DNA of 64,000 nucleotides from Candidatus Coprovivens sp. GTDB lineage: Bacteria > Bacillota_I > Bacilli_A > RF39 > UBA660. Shown here one piece after another: positions 8,846-17,785 of the stretch. Position 1 is the first letter of the stretch. The number at the start of each line of letters is the position of its first letter. A model generated the notes under the pieces. It saw only the letters and a list, made by a program, of their open reading frames with translations. It made no database searches and had not been told where the DNA came from. The stretch spans positions 19,469-83,468 of the forward strand of contig JBJFGS010000010.1 of NCBI GenBank assembly GCA_051892935.1, read 5' to 3'. The position numbers and the translations under genes were made by a program.

Positions 8846-11056
8846 TTATTGTTCAACTTTTTCTTTTTTCTTAGAAGATTTTTTTTCTTCTTTATCTTCT
8901 TTTATTTTTTCTTTCTTTTCTGGTTTTGGAAGAGCTGCTTTACGTGATAAATTTAATCTATTACGATTATCATATCCTTCAGCTTTAACTATTATCTCAT
9001 CTCCAACTTTAAACATATCTGATGGTTTTTCTACTCTTTCCCATGCTAATTGTGATACATGACATAATCCTTCACATCCAGGCCATAGTTCAATGAAACA
9101 ACCAAAATCTTCAACTTTAACAATTTTTCCAGTATATACTTTTCCTTCTTCGACTTCACGTGCAACATTTTCTATCATTGATTTTGTTTTTTCAATAATA
9201 TCTTTGTCTTGATGATAGATTAAGACTGTTCCATCGTCTTGAAGATCAACTTTAACAGCGTTGATGTCATTTACGCTTGTAACATTTGAGGCTTCTAAGA
9301 TTATCTTAGTGATCATTTCGCCACCTTTGCCGATAACATCTTTAATCTTATCTGGATTAATATGAAGTGTTTCAATTTTTGGCGCATATTTAGAAAGTTC
9401 TTTACGTGGTTCTGGAATGACTGATTCCATTAAATCTAGTATTTCCATACGAGCTTCTTTTGCTTGAGCTAACGCTTCTTTTAATATTTTTTCTGTTACA
9501 CCTTTAATTTTAATATCCATTTGTAGAGCTGTTATACCTTTTCTTGTACCAGCTACTTTGAAGTCCATATCCCCCATATGATCTTCTAATCCTTGAATAT
9601 CAGTTAAAATTGTATATTTTTTGCCGTCTTCGGAAGTTATAAGTCCCATTGCAATACCTGCTACTGGTGCTTTAATTGGAACGCCAGCTGCCATTAAACT
9701 TAGGCATCCAGCACATATTGTTGCCTGAGAAGATGAACCATTAGATTCTAGGATTTCTGATACTACGCGTACTGTGTATGGGAATTCTTTTTCATCTGGC
9801 ATTACTTGAAGAAGTGCTCTTTCACCTAATGCACCATGACCGATTTCTCTTCTTCCAGGTGAACCATAACGTCCTACTTCACCTACTGAGAATTGTGGGA
9901 AGTTATAGTGTAACATGAATCTCTTTGTTGCTTCTAAAGTAAGTCCATCTAAGATTTGGTTTTCTTCTAAAGAGCCAAGAGTAGTTGTAGCTAATGCTTG
10001 AGTTTCTCCACGAGTGAATACCGCTGAACCATGTGTTCTTGGTAGTAAATCTATCATTGCTGATAGAGGACGAATTTCTTTCATTCCACGACCATCAGTT
10101 CTTTTTTTATCTTTAGTAACCATTCTTCTTAGAACGGTTCCTTCGATTTCATTAACTACTTTCTTAACTTGATTTAATAATTCTTCACAATTTTCGTATT
10201 CACTATATATTTCAGCAAAATTTTCTAATGTCGCTTCTTTTACAGCATCGATATCTGCATATTTTTCAAGTTTTTTCTTATCTGATGATAGTGCTTCATA
10301 CATTTTTTCTGTTGCATATTCACGAACATCTTTTTCTAGTTGTTCATCAATTTTAGCAAGTTCAACTTCTACTTTTTCTTTTCCTATTTCTTCACGAATC
10401 TTTTCTTGGAATTCACATAGCTTTTTGATGTGTTCATGACCAAACATTAAAGCTCCTAACATTTCTTTTTCTGAAACTTCTTTGGAACCTGCTTCTACCA
10501 TACATATTGCATCTTTTGTACCTGCAACTGTTAAATGAATATCTGATTGTTCTTGTTCTTCTACTGTTGGATTTATTATATATTCTTTACCAATTTTACC
10601 TACGATTACACCAGCTACTGGTCCATCAAATGGAATATCACTGATTGTTAGTGCAAGTGATGATCCAAGTAAAGCTGCCATTTCTGGAGAGTTATCTTGG
10701 TCAACTGATAATACTGTATTGATTACTTGTACTTCGTTACGGAAGTTTTCGTCGAACATAGGACGTATTGGACGGTCGATTAATCTTGCTGTTAGTGTTG
10801 CTTGATCTGTTGGGCGCCCTTCTCTTTTAATAAATCCACCTGGTATTTTACCTACTGAATATAATTTTTCTTGATATAGAACTGTTAATGGGAAGAAGTC
10901 TTGAGTAATTGGAGTATGTCCCATTACTGCTGCTGTTAAGATAACAGTGTCTCCATATCTTACTAAAACAGAACCATTAGCTTGTTTAGCTAGTTCTCCT
11001 GTTTCAACTGTAATTGTTTTTCCTAAAAAGTCTAATTCAAATACTTTTTTAGCCAT
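8846..11056 (-). CDS. pnp: Polyribonucleotide nucleotidyltransferase (PNPase)
   Basis: [53 protein letters not shown] and S1 domains; start MAKKVF after AGAGG. Confidence 0.98.
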   Translation of the reverse strand: MAKKVFELDFLGKTITVETGELAKQANGSVLVRYGDTVILTAAVMGHTPITQDFFPLTVLYQEKLYSVGKIPGGFIKREGRPTDQATLTARLIDRPIRPMFDENFRNEVQVINTVLSVDQDNSPEMAALLGSSLALTISDIPFDGPVAGVIVGKIGKEYIINPTVEEQEQSDIHLTVAGTKDAICMVEAGSKEVSEKEMLGALMFGHEHIKKLCEFQEKIREEIGKEKVEVELAKIDEQLEKDVREYATEKMYEALSSDKKKLEKYADIDAVKEATLENFAEIYSEYENCEELLNQVKKVVNEIEGTVLRRMVTKDKKRTDGRGMKEIRPLSAMIDLLPRTHGSAVFTRGETQALATTTLGSLEENQILDGLTLEATKRFMLHYNFPQFSVGEVGRYGSPGRREIGHGALGERALLQVMPDEKEFPYTVRVVSEILESNGSSSQATICAGCLSLMAAGVPIKAPVAGIAMGLITSEDGKKYTILTDIQGLEDHMGDMDFKVAGTRKGITALQMDIKIKGVTEKILKEALAQAKEARMEILDLMESVIPEPRKELSKYAPKIETLHINPDKIKDVIGKGGEMITKIILEASNVTSVNDINAVKVDLQDDGTVLIYHQDKDIIEKTKSMIENVAREVEEGKVYTGKIVKVEDFGCFIELWPGCEGLCHVSQLAWERVEKPSDMFKVGDEIIVKAEGYDNRNRLNLSRKAALPKPEKKEKIKEDKEEKKSSKKKEKVEQ

Positions 11057-11111
11057 TTTTTTACCTCTTTTCCTAAAAAAAGACACTTAAAAATAAGTGC
11101 CTACTTTTCTA

Positions 11112-11381
11112 CTATTTTCTCAATCCTAGAGCTTCAATAGTATTTCTGTAACTTACTACATCATTTTTCTTTAGATAATCTAGTAAACTACGTCTTTTAC
11201 CAACCATCATTTGAAGTCCTCTCTTTGAGTGGAAATCATGAATGTGAGTTTTTAAATGTTCTGTTAAATTGTTGATTTCTTCTGTAAGAATAGCAATTTG
11301 AACTTCTGTAGCTCCAGTGTCTTTTTCATTTTTACCGAATTGTTTAACTAATTCAGCTTTTCTTTCTTTTGAAATAGCCAT
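11112..11381 (-). CDS. rpsO: 30S ribosomal protein S15
   Basis: [32 protein letters not shown]. Confidence 0.99.
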   Translation of the reverse strand: MAISKERKAELVKQFGKNEKDTGATEVQIAILTEEINNLTEHLKTHIHDFHSKRGLQMMVGKRRSLLDYLKKNDVVSYRNTIEALGLRK

Positions 11382-11399
11382 GTGTAATTCCTCCTTTTT

Positions 11400-11462
11400 T
11401 ATTTAACCGTTCAATCTTAGAATAGATTCGGAGAGTTCTAATCCAAGAATAAACTTTCTTGT
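11400..11462 (-). promoter_or_regulatory. Probable Firmicutes-type S15 autoregulatory leader
   Basis: Hairpin gtttattCTTGGaTTAGAactctccgaaTCTAtTCTAAGattgaac before SD GGAGG; promoter TTGATA-17-TATATT upstream. Confidence 0.65.
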
Positions 11463-11502
11463 TTAATATAACAGAAAATCCTTAATATATCAAGTATTTT
11501 TA

Positions 11503-12357
11503 TTAATTTATAAACATTTTAAACGGTTTGGCTTTATTGGTATCACTATGATATGTTTGATATATAGCAACTATTTTGTTTTTATATACTAAGCATGCTA
11601 TATTATTTTTAAAGTTTTTATCAATAACCGAACCATTTTTTACTTTATTATAAGTTTCTTCATTTATATTTATTGATTCTAGATTAGATAGTGTTTCCTC
11701 TATTGTTAGTAATTTATATTTATTGTTTTCTATATCTTCTATTGTATAAGAGTCTTCTATTTTAAAATTACCTTGTTTTGTTCTTATTAAGTCGGACATT
11801 GTTCCTACTGTATTTAATTTTTTACATATATCATCTACTAAGGCACGAATATAAGTGCCTTTGGATACTGTTGTTTTAAATACTATTTCATCACTATTAT
11901 AAGATATTAATTCTATATCTTTTATATGTATTTTTCTAGTTGGCAGTTCTATTTTCTTTCCAGCTCTAGCATATTCATATAGTTTTTTACCATTAACTTT
12001 AACAGCTGAGTATATTGGTGTTTCTTGAATGGATTCTCCTAGGAAACTTGATAGTACTTCCTTAATTTGAGCTTCTGTAATATCAAATGGTTTTGTTTCT
12101 ATTATATTACCAGTTATATCTAAGGTATCTGTTTTTATTCCTAATTTTATTGTAGCAATATATTCTTTGTATTCGCTGGTTAGTATTTCACATAATTTTG
12201 TAGTATTTCCGATACATATTACAAGTACTCCTGTTGCTATAGGATCTAAAGTACCTGTATGTCCTATTTTTTTAATTTTAAATATGTGGCTTATTTTATT
12301 AACTACATCACGTGAAGTAAAGTCCTTTGGTTTGTTTACAATGAGAATTCCGTTCAT
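11503..12357 (-). CDS. truB: tRNA pseudouridine(55) synthase
   Basis: KIGHTGTLDPIATGVL, PIYSAVKVNGKKLYEYAR, SKGTYIRAL. Confidence 0.98.
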   Translation of the reverse strand: MNGILIVNKPKDFTSRDVVNKISHIFKIKKIGHTGTLDPIATGVLVICIGNTTKLCEILTSEYKEYIATIKLGIKTDTLDITGNIIETKPFDITEAQIKEVLSSFLGESIQETPIYSAVKVNGKKLYEYARAGKKIELPTRKIHIKDIELISYNSDEIVFKTTVSKGTYIRALVDDICKKLNTVGTMSDLIRTKQGNFKIEDSYTIEDIENNKYKLLTIEETLSNLESININEETYNKVKNGSVIDKNFKNNIACLVYKNKIVAIYQTYHSDTNKAKPFKMFIN

Positions 12358-12361
12358 ATAA

Positions 12362-13075
12362 TCATTTCTTTCTAGTATAAAGGATTGGATAATCTAGTTC
12401 TTGTTCTCCTTCTAGTCTTTCTACTACTAGTGTACCATTATTATAATCTTCTAGTAAACGTTTTGTTTTGTTAATTACATAGTCTTGATACATTTCTGGA
12501 GTAACGTACATTCCCCAAGGTATATAATCAAAATGTGTACAGCCACACATTGCAATATAAAAGTCTTTTTGATTACGACATGCACTTTCGATGATTGTTT
12601 CAGTTGCACTACATGGTAAAATTGCTGTTACTAAATCAAATTCTTTGATATGAGTTTTTGATGTAAAATCATCTTTATGAAGAGTCATGTTTTTATATTT
12701 TGGTTTAGTAATTCCTAGTAAAGGTTCATAAATTGTTACTGTTCCTTTTCCTATTTTTAATTGTTCATGAGCTAATAGATTAGCAAAAGATGGGATTATT
12801 CCTGATGCAACATCTAGGATGTTACATCTAATATCAAATTTTGTTTTTAAATTATTAAGGTGTCTTTGATAAAAGTTTCCATTGATGCTTTCAATTCCTA
12901 GCTCAGTATATATTTGCATAAGTAAATCTGGAGCTCCTGGTGAGAAAATATAAGTCCAAAAGTTTTCTTCGATATAATCCCATTCATCTTTTGTATATAT
13001 TTTTTTGTATTTTTTACAAAATGATTCGTATAGTTTGGCAATTTGTTGTTCGTTTAAACCTTTTTTAGCTATCAT
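12362..13075 (-). CDS. Putative class I SAM-dependent methyltransferase-like protein
   Basis: ILDVASG (motif I-like), VTIYEP, FDLVTAILPCSATE, MCGC; SD AAAGGGGG before ATG 13075; 4 nt from truB. Confidence 0.55.
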   Translation of the reverse strand: MIAKKGLNEQQIAKLYESFCKKYKKIYTKDEWDYIEENFWTYIFSPGAPDLLMQIYTELGIESINGNFYQRHLNNLKTKFDIRCNILDVASGIIPSFANLLAHEQLKIGKGTVTIYEPLLGITKPKYKNMTLHKDDFTSKTHIKEFDLVTAILPCSATETIIESACRNQKDFYIAMCGCTHFDYIPWGMYVTPEMYQDYVINKTKRLLEDYNNGTLVVERLEGEQELDYPILYTRKK

Positions 13076-13126
13076 AATAATCCCCCTTTTATAATGGGGT
13101 ATTTTATCATTATATTTGTTTTTTGG

Positions 13127-13154
13127 CAAATTAAAAGAAGGTTTACACCTTCTA
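13127..13154. repeat. Direct repeat copy 1 (terminator hairpin), 26/28 identical to 15849-15876
   Basis: CAAATTAAAAGAAGG-ttta-CACCTTCTA. Confidence 0.85.
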
Positions 13155-13198
13155 ATTAATACATTGAACATTAATAAACTTGTATAAAAATGTTTTTT

Positions 13199-13639
13199 TC
13201 ATTTTTTTATAAATATCTTTGCGTAAAGGTCACAATGTAGTTCTTCTTTTTCTAATTCACATGTTAATCCTAAGTTATCATCGGCTATAAAACGAACTCT
13301 ATTCTTTTCTTCATTGTACTCAACTGTTCCATATACTGAATAGTCTGTTAAAGTCAAGGTAAAAGTTGAATCTGATTTTATATTTATGATATATGGTGAT
13401 GGATTTGAATCCTGACAAATATGATTACCATTTTCATCAATCCCAATAGGTAAACAATATTGTGTTCCATCTGCAACATATATACCAATTATTTTTGATA
13501 TATCGTTTTTCTTTTCAACTTCTTTTTTTGATTCAGAATTAGAACAAGCAGTTATAATTGTTAAAAATATAAAACAAAATATTATATATTTTTTTTTTTT
13601 TTTAACATGACCATAATACATTATCATCTGAGTTAACAT
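13199..13639 (-). CDS. Lipoprotein with an A15 tract at its 5' end; start ambiguous
   Basis: KKKKKYIIFCFIFLTIITA-C lipobox-like signal; four ectodomain Cys; T15 at 13589-13603 on the + strand. Confidence 0.7.
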   Translation of the reverse strand: MLTQMIMYYGHVKKKKKYIIFCFIFLTIITACSNSESKKEVEKKNDISKIIGIYVADGTQYCLPIGIDENGNHICQDSNPSPYIINIKSDSTFTLTLTDYSVYGTVEYNEEKNRVRFIADDNLGLTCELEKEELHCDLYAKIFIKK

Positions 13640-14522
13640 TATAGCATAGTCCTTTCATATTATCCCAATTGCTGTATGAAGTATTCCAGTCAAATACACC
13701 ACCTATACCACTAGGAGAAAATGTAAAATTATGTGAAGTATTAAGGGAGATATCGGTTACAGCATGTTGATATGATACAAATACTTTTGGAGAATATTCA
13801 CTTCCTTCAGTTCCATATACCCATAATTCATTTTTTAATCCACTACTTACATCATTAATAATATTTTGAGAAATACTCACTCCTCTTCCGGATTTATCTA
13901 TTTTCATATTAGTTCCTTTATATCCATAATTAATTACCTGTTCAGTGGTAGAGGTATTAGTTTTATAATACTGATATCCATTAGCGCTAGTTAAATTAAA
14001 CCCAATATAATATACACCAATCGAATCAAATGATTTAATTGAAGGTATATTTTTCCAAGTATTTTGAACATATATCGTATATTTATTCGAACCTATTTCA
14101 TCAGAATACACTAGCAGAAGTAATCTTTTATAATTAGTCTCCCAACAGTCTTGAGCCCATACGCTTATTGTACAATTTCCAACAATTGCTTTAGAATTAA
14201 GAGTTGAATTATATATTTTTTTAGAAACTTCTTTTGAAGTGATTTTAGAAACTTTGCCGAGTTCATCATATGCTGTCGTGGTTTCTATATATATCGATTG
14301 TACATAGATTTTAGTTTTTACTTTTCCCATTTCGTCAAACCAATTAGGATTTATTCTAAACGTTTCTTCTTCATATAATTCTTGTATATTATTTGGTAAT
14401 TGTTTTAACAATTCTTCTATTTGTGTTTTTTCTATATTTTCTAGTTCAGTATTAGTTTCTGCATATACGGATTGAAATAGCAAAGAATATAGAATAATAA
14501 TTAAATATATATTTTTTTTCAT
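13602..14522 (-). CDS. Secreted hypothetical protein
   Basis: Signal peptide ending VYA-E; beta-rich mature part (WETNYKRL, WKNIPSIKSFD, SYQHA); SD AAGGA. Confidence 0.75.
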   Translation of the reverse strand: MKKNIYLIIILYSLLFQSVYAETNTELENIEKTQIEELLKQLPNNIQELYEEETFRINPNWFDEMGKVKTKIYVQSIYIETTTAYDELGKVSKITSKEVSKKIYNSTLNSKAIVGNCTISVWAQDCWETNYKRLLLLVYSDEIGSNKYTIYVQNTWKNIPSIKSFDSIGVYYIGFNLTSANGYQYYKTNTSTTEQVINYGYKGTNMKIDKSGRGVSISQNIINDVSSGLKNELWVYGTEGSEYSPKVFVSYQHAVTDISLNTSHNFTFSPSGIGGVFDWNTSYSNWDNMKGLCYNVNSDDNVLWSC

Positions 14523-14623
14523 AATAACTTTCCTTTTCTTTTATTTTTATTTATATTTTTTTAATTTTATTTATCATAACTCCTTTGTAAATGTGTACTT
14601 TTCTATTTATTTAATGTAATAAT

Positions 14624-15466
14624 TTACTGTAATGATTCTTCTATTTTTTCTTTTAAGAATTCGCTTGTTTCTGTACCAGAAATAGTTTTGGTGTTTATAT
14701 CATAAATTAAATAATTCCAGTTATTATTCTTTTTAGTATGAAAAATAATTTCATTTTGCTTTTTATCAATATCGTAAAGCGCTCTTATTTCATATATATC
14801 ATTTTTGTAATTATAGTATAAATAGTTTGTAAAAGAATTAACAGAGATATATTCATTATCTGATACTTTTTTTGTTAAACATTTTTGACATTCGTGTAAT
14901 GGATTATCTATATTTTTAAATCCTTCTTCTAATAACTTTTGTTGATATGTTATTTTTTCTTGATAGTTATCATAGTATGAAATTGATAATTCTTTTTCTG
15001 AAGATATGGAGTTATTTTTAGGGTTAATTAATTTATCATTAGTTAAGATTTTTTTACAATTGATTTTTATTTCTTCGATTTGTAATATACCATTGTTTTG
15101 ATAATAAATTAGTAAATATAAGTTTTTTGTAATGTCATTTGTTAAACTTTCATTTATAACTTCTTCATAGCCATATGATTCAATATAATTTTCATTAATT
15201 GTATTACTTCTTAGTAGTAAATAATGCTCATTATTTTTTAAAATTGTTAATTCGTAAAATAATATTTCTTCTTTTGATATTATATTGCTCTTGATATTCC
15301 CTAATTTTATAATGTTGTTTATATTTGATAAAACTAGCAAACCGTCTTCATAAATAAAACTTTCACTTTGACCATTTAGCTCATAAATTTTAATATTTTT
15401 ATAATTATTTATAAAATATGTAAATAGAATACAAATTAACAGACTTAGGAAAAGTATTATTGTCAC
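14624..15466 (-). CDS. TM + extracellular half of a split membrane-tethered XRE regulator
   Basis: Begins directly with a TM segment, overlaps the HTH ORF stop, and joins it in frame after a -1 shift. Confidence 0.6.
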   Translation of the reverse strand: MTIILFLSLLICILFTYFINNYKNIKIYELNGQSESFIYEDGLLVLSNINNIIKLGNIKSNIISKEEILFYELTILKNNEHYLLLRSNTINENYIESYGYEEVINESLTNDITKNLYLLIYYQNNGILQIEEIKINCKKILTNDKLINPKNNSISSEKELSISYYDNYQEKITYQQKLLEEGFKNIDNPLHECQKCLTKKVSDNEYISVNSFTNYLYYNYKNDIYEIRALYDIDKKQNEIIFHTKKNNNWNYLIYDINTKTISGTETSEFLKEKIEESLQ

Positions 15467-15747
15467 AATAAAATAATTTTTTTTAGCTTTTTTTCCTTGA
15501 AATCTATATATTCGGTTATTATTTTCTCTTCATTTTTATTTTTTTCTCCGTTTAATAATTCTATAACAGAAATATCTAATTCTTTACATAAGTTATGAAA
15601 AATCGAATAGTCAGGCATTCCACGACCATTTTCCCATTTTGAAATAGCTTTGTTTGTTACTCCTAATTTGTCCGCCAATTCTTGCTGAGTTAATTTTTTT
15701 TCATTTCGACATTTTAATATGAATTTACCTATTTTTTCTTGATTCAT
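15463..15747 (-). CDS. XRE-family helix-turn-helix domain (N-terminal half of the split regulator)
   Basis: MNQEKIGKFI..LTQQELADKLGVTNKAISKWENGRGMPD; SD AAGGAG. Confidence 0.9.
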   Translation of the reverse strand: MNQEKIGKFILKCRNEKKLTQQELADKLGVTNKAISKWENGRGMPDYSIFHNLCKELDISVIELLNGEKNKNEEKIITEYIDFKEKKLKKIILL

Positions 15748-15796
15748 AACTTATCTCCTTACATACTTATTATATAATGGAATATATTTTATTGGT

Positions 15797-15811
15797 TCTA
15801 CTAAACGTAGA
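15797..15811. promoter_or_regulatory. Palindromic operator candidate for the XRE regulator
   Basis: TCTAC-taaac-GTAGA about 50 bp upstream of the HTH start; partial half-site TTCTAC at ~15836. Confidence 0.5.
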
Positions 15812-15848
15812 CATTATTGTTTTGAGTTTATATATTTCTACAAAAGCT

Positions 15849-15876
15849 CAAATTAAAAGAAGGATTTCACCTTCTA
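15849..15876. repeat. Direct repeat copy 2 (terminator hairpin)
   Basis: CAAATTAAAAGAAGG-attt-CACCTTCTA. Confidence 0.85.
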
Positions 15877-15899
15877 GTTTGTTATATCTTTGATATTTT

Positions 15900-16210
15900 T
15901 TTCTTTTATTTTAATTTTATCCCCATTTTTTTAGTAAATCTTTAAGCTTGAATTTAAATAAATATTCTTCATTATTTATTACATCATCTATTAGTTTTCT
16001 GTATTTTTCGCTAGTAGAGAGATAAAATATTTTCATTTTGACTTATTTGTTTTAACATCTATTAAATAATCAAGAGATTTTTTTGTGCTATATGTCCATT
16101 TTCCAATTAATTAATGAAGATATAGTAAGCGTCAGCTATATTTCTTGAAAGTATTCTAATATTTTATCTATTCTTATCATTCTATAACTCCTTAGGAATT
16201 AGAATATCAT
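15900..16210 (-). pseudogene. Probable decayed gene remnant
   Basis: Coding-like fragments in different frames (DILIPKEL*, MIRIDKILEYFQEI*, MKIFYLSTSEKYRKLIDDVINNEEYLFKFKLKDLLKKWG*) between two terminators. Confidence 0.35.
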
Positions 16211-16242
16211 TTTAAATAAAAAGGAACATTTAGTTCCTTTTC

Positions 16243-17325
16243 TTACCATGTTCCGCAAACAAATCCATACTGCGTACATACTTCTTTAGTAAGAGGTGCG
16301 CTTCCTCCACTAGATCCAGCTCTTGAATCAAAAAGATATTTTTTTCCATTGATTGTTCCTGTGAAGCTATATCCGTATTCTGTTAATTTAATTCTTGTCA
16401 TTCCTAAATTTTTACAAGCTGAATTATTGTTCTTACATATTGCATAGTATGTTCCACTTATTTCAAGTGCACTAAATTCTGCTGTGTTTTCTGAAATATC
16501 ACAAGATTTTCCATCTATTGCTTCGTCGAATAAACAAATAAATCCCATAGCGCTACCACCTGTTTTATCAGTATTTAGATTATAGTCTGCTCCACCTTTT
16601 TCAACTATTTTATTAACTGCTTCTTTGGTAGTTTTTTCACTTATTTTTTTGCGTGATATTTCTTCATTTGTTGTTCCATCATAAGTTACTTCATAAGTAA
16701 TTTCTTTTTCACCATTTACTCCATCTTGAACAGTTTTGGTTGTTCCTTTACCAAGGTTATTATTTACTTTAGTTGTTGTTTCAAATTTAATTGTTTTTGT
16801 TTCTGTTACTTCTTTAGTATATGGTAAAACTTCTTCTTTTAATTCTCCTTTTTCTTCAATAGTTACACCAACGTAACCAATTGGTGTCCCTTCATCTGTT
16901 GTAATTGCAATATTATGGTCACCAATTTCTAAATCTAGTTCAGCTATTTTTTCTTCTAGTCCTACTATAACTGTTTCACCATCTACTTCTTCAACTTTGA
17001 AATATCCTAAGAATATAGGCTCTGAATAAATCCATACAGCTACTATATCTCCTTTTTTCAACTTTTCTTGTTCTTTAAATACTATTTTGTCTTTTGTTAC
17101 TTCCTTTACTTCAGCTTCTTCTAGTTTGCTTTTTAATTCTTTTGTATTCTCGGCTGGTGAAGATTTTGGTGGTTCTTTCTCCTCTAGAATTTGTTTTTCA
17201 GTTTTTTGTTCTTCTTTTGGTGATAAATCTTTTTTGTCATTTGTTCCCAAGATTAAAAATGCTGCTACTATTCCTATAGCAATTAGTAATACTAATGATA
17301 TTACCAAAATTTTTTTGTTTTTCAT
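16243..17325 (-). CDS. Membrane-anchored G5-domain surface protein with a Cys-rich C-terminus
   Basis: N-terminal TM; G5 pattern IKFETTTKVNNNLGKGTTKTVQDGVNGEKEITY...AVNKIVEKG. Confidence 0.85.
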   Translation of the reverse strand: MKNKKILVISLVLLIAIGIVAAFLILGTNDKKDLSPKEEQKTEKQILEEKEPPKSSPAENTKELKSKLEEAEVKEVTKDKIVFKEQEKLKKGDIVAVWIYSEPIFLGYFKVEEVDGETVIVGLEEKIAELDLEIGDHNIAITTDEGTPIGYVGVTIEEKGELKEEVLPYTKEVTETKTIKFETTTKVNNNLGKGTTKTVQDGVNGEKEITYEVTYDGTTNEEISRKKISEKTTKEAVNKIVEKGGADYNLNTDKTGGSAMGFICLFDEAIDGKSCDISENTAEFSALEISGTYYAICKNNNSACKNLGMTRIKLTEYGYSFTGTINGKKYLFDSRAGSSGGSAPLTKEVCTQYGFVCGTW

Positions 17326-17431
17326 ATTATACTCCTTTTCTATATTTTATATTATACTATATAATTTTTTTTATTACATATTTTTATTCTATTTTTTTAA
17401 AAATTTTATTGCATAATAAAAAGATACCGAA

Positions 17432-17785
17432 TTATTCAGTATCTTTATCATTTATTTTGTTTAATATTCTTTCTATGTTGTCACCATAAGCAATTGATTT
17501 ATCGTATTGAAATCTTATTTTAGGAGTATGTCTTATTTCGATACGATCAGCTATTTTTGTTCTTAAGTATCCAGCTGTATCATCATTAAGTTGTTTTTCC
17601 AATTCTTTTGTATCTTCATCTTTTAAGGTAGTAAAGTATACTTTAGCTAGTCCTAAATCGTTTGTTACTTCAACACCAGTTATAGTGATTGCTTTTAGTA
17701 GTGAATCATGAGCTTCTTGAGCACATATGGTACTTAGTTCTTGAGCTATTTGAGAACCAATTCTTTTTAATTTTATTTGATTCAT
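17432..17785 (-). CDS. rbfA: Ribosome-binding factor A
   Basis: ITITGVEVTNDLGLAKVY, IRHTPKIRFQYDKS; overlaps the infB stop. Confidence 0.97.
   Translation of the reverse strand: MNQIKLKRIGSQIAQELSTICAQEAHDSLLKAITITGVEVTNDLGLAKVYFTTLKDEDTKELEKQLNDDTAGYLRTKIADRIEIRHTPKIRFQYDKSIAYGDNIERILNKINDKDTE

Noticed and set aside
15795-15813. TTCTACTAAACGTAGA resembles the Cas12a crRNA handle (TTCTACTAAGTGTAGA)
   Set aside because: Single copy, lacks the 5' AATT and 3' T, no spacers or cas genes; its position fits an XRE operator better.
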